The translations under genes were made by a program, and so were the position numbers. Shown here one piece after another: positions 12,854 to 22,397 of a stretch of DNA of 64,000 nucleotides (its first letter is position 1; each line of letters starts with the position of its first letter). Location of the stretch: positions 3,209-67,208 of the forward strand of contig CAYLXP010000005.1 of assembly GCA_964387425.1 (NCBI GenBank). The letters run 5' to 3'. This DNA is from an uncultured Victivallales bacterium (GTDB taxonomy: Bacteria; Verrucomicrobiota; Kiritimatiellia; UBA8416). The notes below the pieces were generated by a model. That model did no database searches, had not been told where the DNA came from, and saw only the letters and a program-made list of their open reading frames with translations.

Positions 12854-13876
12854 ATGGCTACAAAGGTTGACCGTGTACGAAATGCCATCCTTAAGGCATT
12901 GAGCGAAGACGACGCTCCTGCCGGAGCGGCGAAACTGGCGGTGCGGCTGCGGGCGATGGGGTTGGACCCCCGTCCGCGAACGGTGCGGGCGCATCTGCTG
13001 GAGCTGGACCGCGAGGGTCTAACGGTCATGGTAAGCCGACGGCAGGGGCGACGGTTGACGGATCGGGGGCGGCGCGAGCTGACCAATGCCGATGCATTCT
13101 CGAAGCTGGGTTTCGTGGCCGCCAAGGTGGATGACCTCGGGTACCGCATGTCCTACAGCACGCGTTCGGGGCGGGGGACGGTCGTCGCCAACATGGCATT
13201 GATTCGTGACCGGGACCTTTCCCGCGCGCTTCTGAACGTGGTTCCCGCCTTCCGGGCCGGATTGTCGGTGAGTGATCAGATGGCCGTGGTGCGGGCAGGA
13301 GAGCAGATCGGGGGATTCACGGTGCCGCTGGGGTCGGTTGTCCTGGCAACGATCTGTAGTGTCACGGTCAACGGGGTGCTGTTGTCGAGTGGAATCCCGG
13401 TGACATCCCGTTTTGGCGGCCTGCTCGAAATGCGCGATGGTGCTCCGATGCGCTTCGTGGACGTCATCGAGTACCGGGGCACCACGGTGGATCCGCTGGA
13501 AGTGTTCATCGGGGCCGGCATGACGGAGGTCTCGCAGTGCGCGAAGACAGGCAGCGGGATTATCGGTGCGAGTTTTCGGGAGATTCCGGCCGGCGCAGCG
13601 GGATTGGCGCGGCGGGTACTGGCCCGCCTGCGGGAACGCGGCCTGGGCGGCGACCTGGCCTTCGGGGAGGGGAGTCTCCCACTGTTTGACATCCCGGTCA
13701 CCGAAGGCCGGACCGGGCTGATCGTCATAGGTGGTCTCAACCCGCTGGCGGTGCTGCGGGAGGCGGGCATTCCGTCCACGACGCGTTCACTCTCAGGACT
13801 GGCCGACATCTCGGCCTTCATGCCCTTTGAGGATGCCGCCATGCTCGGCAAACGCAGCTATCCGTACGTGGACTAG
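12854..13876 (+). CDS. nrpR: NrpR-family nitrogen repressor (winged HTH plus NRD/DUF128 domain)
   Basis: N-terminal wHTH (ILKAL...RTVRAHLLELDREGLT..GRRLTDRGRREL); NRD motifs GTVVAN, ATICSVTVNGVLL, SRFGGLL, YRGTTVDPLEVFI, ASFREIP, GGLNP; nitrogen-gene context. Confidence 0.88.
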   Translation: MATKVDRVRNAILKALSEDDAPAGAAKLAVRLRAMGLDPRPRTVRAHLLELDREGLTVMVSRRQGRRLTDRGRRELTNADAFSKLGFVAAKVDDLGYRMSYSTRSGRGTVVANMALIRDRDLSRALLNVVPAFRAGLSVSDQMAVVRAGEQIGGFTVPLGSVVLATICSVTVNGVLLSSGIPVTSRFGGLLEMRDGAPMRFVDVIEYRGTTVDPLEVFIGAGMTEVSQCAKTGSGIIGASFREIPAGAAGLARRVLARLRERGLGGDLAFGEGSLPLFDIPVTEGRTGLIVIGGLNPLAVLREAGIPSTTRSLSGLADISAFMPFEDAAMLGKRSYPYVD

Positions 13877-14060
13877 GAGAAAAGGCTGAAACGCTGAAAC
13901 GCTGAAAATCTGAAGTGGGAAACTGGAGATAACTGAGACGGCGTTTATCTACAATGTGTAAAGGTTTCTTGCTTTTGGGGGCATTGCAGATTGCAGCCCA
14001 TAATTGACCGTGGTAGTGTCCTATTTTACCTACACTGCCAGCGCAGGAGGACGGACTTTC

Positions 14061-15512
14061 ATGAGCGTCTGTGAGTTCCCCGAATCGGTCGTTGACGACC
14101 GCCCACACGAGTATTGCGGCGTCTTTGGTGTGTATGGTCTGCCGGAGGCGGCAGCTGCCATCTACAAGGGATTATTCAGTCTGCAGCACCGGGGCCAGGA
14201 GGGGGCCGGGATCGTCGTTGCCGACGGTCAGAAGGTCCGCTCGACCAAGGGGCAGGGGCTGGTCAGCGAGGTGTTCTCGGACCAGGACTGGTCCGGCCTT
14301 GCGGGCCACCTTGGCATTGGCCACGTACGCTATTCGACGACGGGGTCAACCCGCATCCAGAACGTGCAGCCGCTCGTGGCGGAGTGCGTTGATGGGATCT
14401 GGTCGGTTGCCCACAATGGAAACCTGGTGAACGCGGAGCGTCTCCGCCAGATGTACCAGGAGGCCGGCGCCATTTTCCAGACCAGCACGGACAGCGAGGT
14501 GCTTGTCCACCTGCTGGCGGATCCGATGTACCGGTCCCGTCCCCGCCGCGTGGCGCGGGCGTTGGCCGAGCTGCAGGGGTCGTTCTGTTTTCTGCTTATG
14601 ACTCGCAACTGCATGATGGCGGCCCGCGACCCACATGGCTTCCGTCCACTGTCGATCGGCAAGCTGGGCGATGCCTATGTCGTGGCCAGCGAAACCTGTG
14701 CACTGGACCAGGTCGGCGCCACGTTCTTGCGCGATGTGGAGCCGGGCGAGTTGCTGATCTTCGATGAAACCGGCATGCACAGCTCGATCTTCAACGAGGT
14801 GGCGGATTCCTCCGAACAGGCCCGCTGCATTTTCGAGATGGTCTACTTTGCCCGACCGGACAGCCGGGTGTTTGGTAAGAACGTGCATTCGGTTCGCGAG
14901 GCCTACGGCAAACGGTTGGCCGAAGAGCATCCGGTGGATGCCGACATCGTCATTGCGATCCCGGATAGCGGCAATTCAGCTGCGCTGGGGTACTCCGTGG
15001 GTAGCGGCCTTCCGCTTGAGCACGGCTTCATTCGTAACCACTATGTTGGGCGGACCTTCATTATGCCGGAGCAGGATGAGCGGGCAAAAGGGGTCGATAT
15101 GAAGCTGGCCGTCCTGCCGGAGGTGGTCAGGGGCAAGCGGGTTGTGGTTGTGGACGACTCAATCGTGCGCGGGACGACTGCCCGCCGGCGTGTGATTCGC
15201 CTGCGCGAGGCGGGGGCGAAAGAGGTGCATGTGCGGATTTCGTGTCCTCCGATCACAAATCCCTGTTTCTTCGGAATCGATTTTCCTACGAGCGAGGAGC
15301 TGGTAGCCGGTACGATGGATGTCGAGTCGATACGGAAGTTCATTGAGGCAGACACACTTGGGTATCTTAGCCTGGAAGGCCTCTTCTCCCCGTTTGAGAA
15401 GGCAAAAGGCTTCTGCGCGGCCTGCTTTGACGGGAAATACCCGACCGACGTCAGCGGTATTCGCGGCAAACACGCGTTGGAGCGGAGTTCAGAGCTCGAA
15501 CTGAATCTCTGA
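14061..15512 (+). CDS. purF: Amidophosphoribosyltransferase, canonical glutamine-dependent form with propeptide
   Basis: HEYCGVFG (Cys1), LQHRGQE, GHVRYST, AHNGNL, VDDSIVRGTT, Fe-S cysteines; RBS AGGAGG before ATG 14061. Confidence 0.96.
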   Translation: MSVCEFPESVVDDRPHEYCGVFGVYGLPEAAAAIYKGLFSLQHRGQEGAGIVVADGQKVRSTKGQGLVSEVFSDQDWSGLAGHLGIGHVRYSTTGSTRIQNVQPLVAECVDGIWSVAHNGNLVNAERLRQMYQEAGAIFQTSTDSEVLVHLLADPMYRSRPRRVARALAELQGSFCFLLMTRNCMMAARDPHGFRPLSIGKLGDAYVVASETCALDQVGATFLRDVEPGELLIFDETGMHSSIFNEVADSSEQARCIFEMVYFARPDSRVFGKNVHSVREAYGKRLAEEHPVDADIVIAIPDSGNSAALGYSVGSGLPLEHGFIRNHYVGRTFIMPEQDERAKGVDMKLAVLPEVVRGKRVVVVDDSIVRGTTARRRVIRLREAGAKEVHVRISCPPITNPCFFGIDFPTSEELVAGTMDVESIRKFIEADTLGYLSLEGLFSPFEKAKGFCAACFDGKYPTDVSGIRGKHALERSSELELNL

Positions 15513-15582
15513 CGTGAGACTTCCTTACCAATTTACGGGCTTAAAGCCCGAACTACAAACGCCTGCTGTATGTAGCAACCCG
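15510..15582 (+). repeat. Truncated copy of the family D element
   Basis: TGACGTGAGACTTCCTTACCAATTTACGGGCTTAAAGCCCGAACTACAAACGCC...ATGTAGCAACCCG matches the 5' half of the other two copies. Confidence 0.75.
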
Positions 15583-15661
15583 GGTGGGGCGGGCTACCAC
15601 AGGTTGTAATAGGATGGATTTGTGTATACACCGACAGCTCCATCTGCACGGTTTTACACCC

Positions 15662-15690
15662 TTGACTTGGCTAGTGCCGCTCCCTATCCT
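15662..15690 (+). promoter_or_regulatory. Sigma70-like promoter for the ispD-like operon
   Basis: TTGACT-17 bp-TATCCT. Confidence 0.65.
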
Positions 15691-15791
15691 TAGCCCGTGA
15701 GCGCAGGTTTGACCTGTCCATGTCTGGGGGCGTACACGATTCACCTCTCGTGAGTCGTCAAGGGGCTTTTGCGTTCACGTCAGGAGAATGA

Positions 15792-16469
15792 ATGAATTAC
15801 GGACTGGTTGTGGCGGCGGGAAAAGCCGGCAAAATGGGTGGAAACGTGGACCGGGCTTTTCTGAGCCTGGGACCAAGGCCGGTCTTGGCCTATTCGCTGC
15901 TTGCCTTTGAGGCTTGTGAGGATATTGATGGCGTGATCGTGGTGGTCCGCAAGGATCGCGTTGACGGCGCCGGCAGCATGGCGCAGCTCTTTGGCTGCTC
16001 CAAGGTGATGAAAGTGATTCCCGGTGCCGCTCTCCGGCAGACGTCGGTTCTTAACGGCCTCAAGGCCATGCCCGAAGACGCGAAGTTCGTCACTATCCAC
16101 GAAGCGTCCCGCCCCTGTATAACTCCCGAGATGATTTCCGAGACACTCCAGGCCGCCAAGCGTGGTGGCGCGGCGGCTGTAGCTCTCAAGATCAGTGATG
16201 CCGTCGTGCACTCCGAGCGTGGAACGACCGTGGCGAAATCGGTGGACAATTCCAAGCTCTGGTCGGTGCAGACACCGCAAAGTTTCAAGGTTGACGTTCT
16301 CAAGAGGGCTGTTAACAATCTGGCAACGAAGAAAAAGTCGGTCGTGGATGAAGCAACCGCGGTCGAGCTGCTGGGGGAATCCGTGCGCCTGGTGCCGGGA
16401 TCTCCCATGAATATTAAGATAGCGACTGCAGATGACCTGCCTCTGGCGGCGACTCTGCTTAAGCTTTAG
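15792..16469 (+). CDS. IspD/TarI-family cytidylyltransferase-like protein with a divergent active site
   Basis: AAGK..KMG, RQTSVLNGL, IHEASRP, QTPQSF, DEATAVE, NIKIATADDL. Confidence 0.8.
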   Translation: MNYGLVVAAGKAGKMGGNVDRAFLSLGPRPVLAYSLLAFEACEDIDGVIVVVRKDRVDGAGSMAQLFGCSKVMKVIPGAALRQTSVLNGLKAMPEDAKFVTIHEASRPCITPEMISETLQAAKRGGAAAVALKISDAVVHSERGTTVAKSVDNSKLWSVQTPQSFKVDVLKRAVNNLATKKKSVVDEATAVELLGESVRLVPGSPMNIKIATADDLPLAATLLKL

Positions 16470-16483
16470 AGGGTTCGCGGGCA

Positions 16484-17215
16484 ATGAAAGGCAAGAAATA
16501 CGCCATCCTGGGCGATATCCATTCGAACTGGGAGGCACTCAGCGCCGTCTTGGAGGATGCCGAGGCGAATGGTGTAAATACGTACATTTGCGTAGGGGAC
16601 ATCGTTGGCTACAACGCGAACCCGTCGGAGTGTCTCGAGAAGATCCGGGAGCTCTGCGTCGCCGTGGTGCGCGGGAACCACGATCATTACGTATCGCACG
16701 ATGAATGCCTCGAGGATTTCCATCCCCTGGCCGCAAACGTGATCGACTGGACTCGGCGTCAGCTCTCGCGCGAGCAGATCCAGTACCTGCGGAATCTGCG
16801 GCTCAGCCAGATGGTGGACGGATTCACGATCGTTCACAGCACGCTGGACATGCCCGAGAAGTGGGGCTACGTGTTGGATACGCTCGATGCCGAGGCGAAT
16901 TTCAACTACCAGACGTCATCAGTCTGCTTCCACGGCCACACCCATGTGCCGGTCGTCTTTGAGCGCCAGGGACGGGTGATTCGCAGCAGCTTTACGACGT
17001 ACCGGACGACGCTTGGGCGCAAGTGTTTCGTCAACACCGGTAGCGTTGGCCAGCCGCGCGACGGCGACCCGCGGGCGGCCTACATCATCTACGATCCGGG
17101 CCAGCGGCGCGTTGAGCTGCGCCGCGTTCCCTACGATATCGTGGCCACGCAGCGCAAGATTGCGGAGGCGGGACTCCCCGACCGCCTGGCGAAGCGCCTC
17201 GACTACGGCAAGTAA
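16484..17215 (+). CDS. Calcineurin-like metallophosphoesterase (YfcE/MJ0936 type)
   Basis: GDIHSN, GDIVGY, RGNHD, HGHTHVP, NTGSVGQPRDGDPRA. Confidence 0.92.
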   Translation: MKGKKYAILGDIHSNWEALSAVLEDAEANGVNTYICVGDIVGYNANPSECLEKIRELCVAVVRGNHDHYVSHDECLEDFHPLAANVIDWTRRQLSREQIQYLRNLRLSQMVDGFTIVHSTLDMPEKWGYVLDTLDAEANFNYQTSSVCFHGHTHVPVVFERQGRVIRSSFTTYRTTLGRKCFVNTGSVGQPRDGDPRAAYIIYDPGQRRVELRRVPYDIVATQRKIAEAGLPDRLAKRLDYGK

Positions 17216-17217
17216 TC

Positions 17218-17246
17218 TTGACTTTCCGGTGTGGGGCGGGTATAAA
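17218..17246 (+). promoter_or_regulatory. Sigma70-like promoter for ferredoxin
   Basis: TTGACT-17 bp-TATAAA. Confidence 0.65.
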
Positions 17247-17318
17247 CGCAGCTTCTGCGGATTTCAGTAGCAACTGAACCAGAAGTTTTGTGACCCAAAC
17301 ATACAGAAGGAGACAATC

Positions 17319-17489
17319 ATGGCCTACGTAATCTCTGACGAATGCACCAAGTGCGGCGCCTGTGTAGCAGCTTGCCCGTCCGAAGCGATCGCTGAAGGCG
17401 ACGACAAGTACGTGATCGATGCGGATGCCTGCGTGGACTGCGGTCTTTGCGAAGGCGAGTGCCCCGTTGAGGCTATCAGCGCCGGCTAG
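17319..17489 (+). CDS. 2[4Fe-4S] ferredoxin, 56 aa (absent from the ORF track)
   Basis: Translated by hand: MAYVISDECTKCGACVAACPSEAIAEGDDKYVIDADACVDCGLCEGECPVEAISAG; two CxxCxxCxxxCP motifs; RBS AAGGAG. Confidence 0.96.
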   Translation: MAYVISDECTKCGACVAACPSEAIAEGDDKYVIDADACVDCGLCEGECPVEAISAG

Positions 17490-17541
17490 ACTGGTCATTT
17501 ATCATTGGCCATCGGGAGATGGTCAGTGATGCGACTTATCG

Positions 17542-17581
17542 AGGGCCGCGTGGTTTGACAGAACCGCGCGGCCCTTTTCTT
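17542..17581 (+). terminator. Rho-independent terminator after ferredoxin
   Basis: AGGGCCGCGTGGTT-loop-AACCGCGCGGCCCT followed by TTTCT. Confidence 0.8.
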
Positions 17582-17600
17582 AGAAGCGCAGGTCAGCGTT

Positions 17601-18536
17601 ATGAGCTATCGGTATCTGTTTGGACCCGTCCCGTCGCGGCGATTTGGCCGTTCGTTGGGGGTTGACCTGGTTCCGGCCAAGACCTGCAGCTTTAACTGCC
17701 CCTTCTGCGAGGTAGGGGAAACCACGGTCTCCACCCTGGAACGTGCGGAATACGTGCCCACCGACGCCGTCATCGATGAGATCCGGCAGTGGCTGGAACA
17801 GGACGGAGCGGCCGATGTGATCACGCTGGCGGGCTCCGGCGAGCCGACCCTGCATTCGCGTTTCGGCGAGATCATCGATGCCATCCGCGCGAGCTGTGAG
17901 ATCCCGATTGTCCTGCTGACCAACAGTTCCATGCTGCATCTGCCCGAGGTGCAGGAGGCCGCCGCCAAGGCCAGCATTGTCAAAGGATCGCTCAGTGCCT
18001 GGGACGAGGCTTCCTTCCGTCGCGTCAACCATCCGGCTGCCGGATTGGCGCTGGCATCGATTGTTGATGGGCTGCGCGAATTCCGTGCATGCTTCTCCGG
18101 GCAGCTCTGGATCGAGGTCTTCATCATGCGCGGCGTGAATAACGATCCAGCCGGCGTGGCAAAGATCGCGGCGCTCGTAGAGACGCTTGCCCCGGATGTC
18201 GTCCAGCTCAACACCGTGGTTCGGCCACCGGCCTGCGGCTCGACAGAAGCGGTTGAGCGCGAGGCACTTGAGGCCCTTGCTCCGCTCTTCACGCCCCCGG
18301 CGGAGATCATCGCCCGATTCGAGTCCGGCCAGTCGACGGCACGCCCGTCAGACGTCACGGTTCAGCAGATTGAGGCCATGCTCGAGCGGCGCCCCTGTAC
18401 GCTCGGGGATATCGCGGGGGCTTGTGACATCGATGCCGATACGGCGCAGCGCCTGGTGCACGCGCTCGAAGCGGCGGGGACGATTCATCCCGTGGAACGC
18501 AGCGACGGGACCTACTACGCGACGGGGCAACCATGA
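17601..18536 (+). CDS. Radical SAM protein with a C-terminal HTH-like segment
   Basis: YLFGPVPSRRFGRSLGVDL, CSFNCPFC (CxxxCxxC), GSGEPTL. Confidence 0.9.
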   Translation: MSYRYLFGPVPSRRFGRSLGVDLVPAKTCSFNCPFCEVGETTVSTLERAEYVPTDAVIDEIRQWLEQDGAADVITLAGSGEPTLHSRFGEIIDAIRASCEIPIVLLTNSSMLHLPEVQEAAAKASIVKGSLSAWDEASFRRVNHPAAGLALASIVDGLREFRACFSGQLWIEVFIMRGVNNDPAGVAKIAALVETLAPDVVQLNTVVRPPACGSTEAVEREALEALAPLFTPPAEIIARFESGQSTARPSDVTVQQIEAMLERRPCTLGDIAGACDIDADTAQRLVHALEAAGTIHPVERSDGTYYATGQP

Positions 18537-19156
18537 GTGATGCTATCCTGATCTTTGATTTTGACGGAACGATCGCCGACACGCACCACTACGCCGTGCA
18601 TATCGCCAACCGGCTTGCGCCGGAGTATGGCTACAGGCAGATGGAGTGGGAGGATGTCGAACGACTGCGAGATAAGACCGCCAAGGAGATCATTGAACAC
18701 CTTGGCGTTCCCATCTTGAAGATCCCGGCCATCCTGGCGCGTGCGAAGCATGAGTTCCATAAAGGAATCGATGATGTCCACCTGATCGATGGGTTGCACG
18801 ATGTTCTGCATGAGCTACATCGCCTGGGCGTTCTGATGGGGATTGTCTCTTCCAACGCTGCGAAGAATATCGACCGCTTTCTCTCAAACCATGACCTGAA
18901 GATCTTCGACTTCCTGCATGGCACCAAGCGAGTCTGGAGCAAGCACCATTCGCTCGAGAAGCTGATTAAGCGGCGCGGTTTTGAGCGGGAACGCGTTTTC
19001 TACGTGGGAGATGAGACACGCGACATCTCGGCCGCAAAGAAGAGCGGAGTTCGCGGCGTATCCGTGACATGGGGCTACAACTCGGCCAAAGTCCTTTCCG
19101 AGCACTCTCCCGACTATCTGATTGAGACGCCTTCCGAGCTGCTGCAGTTTGCCTGA
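18533..19156 (+). CDS. HAD-family hydrolase (phosphoglycolate-phosphatase-like)
   Basis: FDFDGTIAD, SSN, YVGDETRDI, VTWGY. Confidence 0.9.
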   Translation: MSDAILIFDFDGTIADTHHYAVHIANRLAPEYGYRQMEWEDVERLRDKTAKEIIEHLGVPILKIPAILARAKHEFHKGIDDVHLIDGLHDVLHELHRLGVLMGIVSSNAAKNIDRFLSNHDLKIFDFLHGTKRVWSKHHSLEKLIKRRGFERERVFYVGDETRDISAAKKSGVRGVSVTWGYNSAKVLSEHSPDYLIETPSELLQFA

Positions 19157-19262
19157 GGGAGACGGTCAACGCCACAGAAGTACCGCTTTTGGGCTGGTTA
19201 TTGGGGGCGGGGTGCCTTAATCTTCGGGGCCATTTTACACCATTTTTCTGGAGCTATATCGC

Positions 19263-22200
19263 ATGCAGTGGATCATTAAGAAGATTTTCGGAACGAAGAA
19301 CCAGCGCGACATCAAGAAGATGCAGCCGCAGGTGGATCGCATCAACCAGCTGGAAGTCGAGTACCAGGCGCTTTCGGAGGAGCAGCTCAAAGCCAAGACG
19401 GACGAATTCCGTGCCCGCCTGAAGAACGGCGAAACCGTTGACGACATCATGTGTGAGGCATTCGCGACGGTGAAGAACGCTTGTCGCCGCCTGATGGGAA
19501 CAACGGTTGAGGTCTGCGGACACGAACTGACCTGGGAGATGGTGCCGTTCGATGTGCAGTTGATCGGTGGAATTGCGCTGCACCAGGGCAACATTGCCGA
19601 GATGCAGACGGGCGAGGGCAAGACCCTGGTTGCCACGATGCCGCTTTATCTCAATGCCCTGACCGGCAAGAACGTGCATCTCGTTACGACCAATGACTAC
19701 CTGGCCCGCCGTGATGCGCAGTGGATGGGGCACGTCTACACCTACCTCGGGCTGACCGTCGGCTGCATTCAGAACCAGATGCCACCGGCCGAACGACGGG
19801 TGGAGTACTCCAAGGACATTACCTACGGCATGAACAGCGAGTTCGGGTTCGACTACCTGCGCGACAACGGCATGGCGTATCGCCCCGAAGACCAGGTCCA
19901 GAACGAGTATCACTTCGCGATTATCGACGAAGTGGACAACATCCTGATTGACGAAGCACGGACGCCGCTGATCATTTCCGGTCCCGCGCCGACCTCCTCG
20001 CACCAGTACTATGAACTGAAGCCGAAGGTGGAGCGGCTTGTGCGTCTGCAGCACGAGCTCTGCAACAAGATGGTGAGCACCTGCCAGAAGCATCTCAAGG
20101 CCGATGAGACCGAGTCTGCCCAACTCCTGATGTACCAGGTCGGGCATGGCATGCCGAAGCACAAGCAGTTCATGCACATGATGGAAGAGCCGTCCATTCG
20201 CAAACTGCGCGAGCAGATCGAAAACCAGATGCTGACGGACGTGCGCAAAGAGGAAGCGCGGGAATTGCGTGAGGAGCTCTATTTCAACATCGACGAGCGT
20301 GGACGCGACGCCAGCCTTACTGAAAAGGGATGTGCTGCACTGAACCCGAGCGATCCGGATATGTACGAATTGCCGGACATGGTCTCGGCCATGGCTGAGC
20401 TGGATGGTGAGGAGTTGAGCGAGGAGGAGCGGGCCCGCAAACGCCAGGAGCTCCAGGAGGTGTTTGCCGATCGCAGCGAGCGAATCCACAACGTGGACCA
20501 GCTTATTCGCGCCTACTGCCTCTATGAGAAGGACGTCGAGTACGTTGTCCAGGGCAACCAGGTGATGATCGTAGACGAATTCACCGGGCGGCTCATGCCG
20601 GGGCGGCGCTGGAGCGACGGTCTGCACCAGGCGGTGGAGGCCAAGGAAGGCGTCAAGATTGAGCGTGAGACGCAGACCCTGGCCACGATTACGATTCAGA
20701 ACTACTTCCGCATGTACGACAAGCTGGCGGGAATGACTGGTACGGCCGAAACCGAAGCCGACGAGTTCCACCAGATCTACGGACTGGACGTGGTTGTGAT
20801 TCCGACGAACCGTCCGATTCGCCGCATGGACGGAAACGACGTCATCTACAAGACGCAACGCGAAAAATACAAAGCGTTGATTGATGATATCACCGAGCGC
20901 CACCGCCGTGGGCAGCCGATCCTCGTTGGTACGGTCACGGTGGATACCTCCGAGTTGATTAGCCGCATGCTGCGGCGTGCGAACATTCCGCATAGCGTGT
21001 TGAACGCGAAGAACCATGAGCGTGAGGCCGAGATTGTGACGCGTGCCGGGCAGCCCGGGGCGGTAACCATTGCTACGAACATGGCGGGTCGCGGTACGGA
21101 CATCAAATTGGGCCCGGGTGTGGTTGGTGTGCCGCGCGATGTCATCATGTCGCAGGCAGCGCTTTCCAGTAAGTACGAGGATTCGACGCTTGGAGCGTAC
21201 CTCGAAGAGCACCCATGCGGATTGCACGTGGTGGGGTCCGAACGCCACGAGGCTCGCCGGATTGACCGGCAGCTGCGCGGTCGGTGCGCCCGCCAGGGAG
21301 ATCCGGGCTCATCGAGGTTCTATATTTCACTCGAAGACGACCTGATGCGCCTGTTCGGGTCGGACCGTATCGCCAACATCATGAGCCGCCTCGGTCTGGA
21401 GGAGGGGCAGGAGCTCGAGCATAGCTGGCTCAACCGCTCGATCGAAACGGCCCAGCGCCGCGTGGAACAGCAGAACTTCTCCATCCGTAAGCGCACGCTC
21501 GAGTACGACGATGTCATGAACAAGCAGCGCGAGGTCATATATGGTTTCCGCGGCGACGTTGTCCGCTCCGATGCCGTTCGCGAGATCATTCTGGATATCA
21601 TGAATGACATGGTCTACGGGACGACCGAGACCATGCTCGAAGACATCTCCGACGCCACGCTCAAAGATTACGTCGAGTGGGTGCAGATGACGTTCCCCAT
21701 CCCGCTGCGTGCCGAGGAACTTAAGCGCATGGGGAATGCCGAGGAGATCGCCGAGGAGGTGTTCAAGCGAGTACAGCATGCCTATGAGCTGAAGGTTTCG
21801 ATGGAGAATCCCGAGGCCGTGCCGGTCATGGAGCGCCAGATTGTGCTGCAGGCAATTGACAGCCACTGGCAGGAGTACCTGCGCGCGATGGACGGTCTGC
21901 GACAGGGCGTGGGACTGCGGGCCTACGGCCAGCGTGATCCGCTGGTTGAGTACAAGCGCGAAGCCTACACGATGTTTGACCACCTCATGGGAGACATCAA
22001 AACCGACATCATGAACTCGGTCTTCCGCTCGACGACATCGGTTGACGATTTCCAGATGTTCCTGGATGCCTTGCCGCAGACGTTGATCCACGACGAAGTT
22101 TCAATGCTTGGGGCGGGCGGCGCACCGCCACCGCAACAGCCGCAGCAGCAGGCCGCGCCGCGCGGACTGCCGCCGGAGCTGGCAGGTGGTATCCTTCCGG

Positions 22201-22316
22201 GAGCCATGCCGGCGGGCGACGTGGCGGTGGCGTCCCGCGTGGATGCCAAGGTCGGTCGCAACGATCCGTGTCCCTGCGGCAGTGGCAAGAAGTACAAGAA
22301 GTGCTGCGGCAGTTAG
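19263..22316 (+). CDS. secA: Preprotein translocase ATPase SecA
   Basis: MQTGEGKT, IIDEVDNILIDEARTPLIISG, ATNMAGRGTDI, RRIDRQLRGR, C-terminal SEC-C motif GRNDPCPCGSGKKYKKCC. Confidence 0.98.
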   Translation: MQWIIKKIFGTKNQRDIKKMQPQVDRINQLEVEYQALSEEQLKAKTDEFRARLKNGETVDDIMCEAFATVKNACRRLMGTTVEVCGHELTWEMVPFDVQLIGGIALHQGNIAEMQTGEGKTLVATMPLYLNALTGKNVHLVTTNDYLARRDAQWMGHVYTYLGLTVGCIQNQMPPAERRVEYSKDITYGMNSEFGFDYLRDNGMAYRPEDQVQNEYHFAIIDEVDNILIDEARTPLIISGPAPTSSHQYYELKPKVERLVRLQHELCNKMVSTCQKHLKADETESAQLLMYQVGHGMPKHKQFMHMMEEPSIRKLREQIENQMLTDVRKEEARELREELYFNIDERGRDASLTEKGCAALNPSDPDMYELPDMVSAMAELDGEELSEEERARKRQELQEVFADRSERIHNVDQLIRAYCLYEKDVEYVVQGNQVMIVDEFTGRLMPGRRWSDGLHQAVEAKEGVKIERETQTLATITIQNYFRMYDKLAGMTGTAETEADEFHQIYGLDVVVIPTNRPIRRMDGNDVIYKTQREKYKALIDDITERHRRGQPILVGTVTVDTSELISRMLRRANIPHSVLNAKNHEREAEIVTRAGQPGAVTIATNMAGRGTDIKLGPGVVGVPRDVIMSQAALSSKYEDSTLGAYLEEHPCGLHVVGSERHEARRIDRQLRGRCARQGDPGSSRFYISLEDDLMRLFGSDRIANIMSRLGLEEGQELEHSWLNRSIETAQRRVEQQNFSIRKRTLEYDDVMNKQREVIYGFRGDVVRSDAVREIILDIMNDMVYGTTETMLEDISDATLKDYVEWVQMTFPIPLRAEELKRMGNAEEIAEEVFKRVQHAYELKVSMENPEAVPVMERQIVLQAIDSHWQEYLRAMDGLRQGVGLRAYGQRDPLVEYKREAYTMFDHLMGDIKTDIMNSVFRSTTSVDDFQMFLDALPQTLIHDEVSMLGAGGAPPPQQPQQQAAPRGLPPELAGGILPGAMPAGDVAVASRVDAKVGRNDPCPCGSGKKYKKCCGS

Positions 22317-22372
22317 TCATTGGTCACTGGTCATTGGCTCGCTTCGCTCGCGTCATTGGTCATCGATCATTA
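22315..22372 (+). repeat. Tandem heptamer repeats (GTCATTG-like)
   Basis: AGTCATTGGTCACTGGTCATTGG...CGTCATTGGTCATCGATCATT immediately after the secA stop. Confidence 0.6.
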
Positions 22373-22397
22373 GTTGAGCAGGTGTTAGGGGAATGAG

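Noticed and set aside
19254-21248. 664-aa - strand ORF antisense to secA, and similar ORFs opposite glnA, gltD, lnt and the esterase
   Set aside because: Antisense shadows of well-supported genes with no recognisable domains
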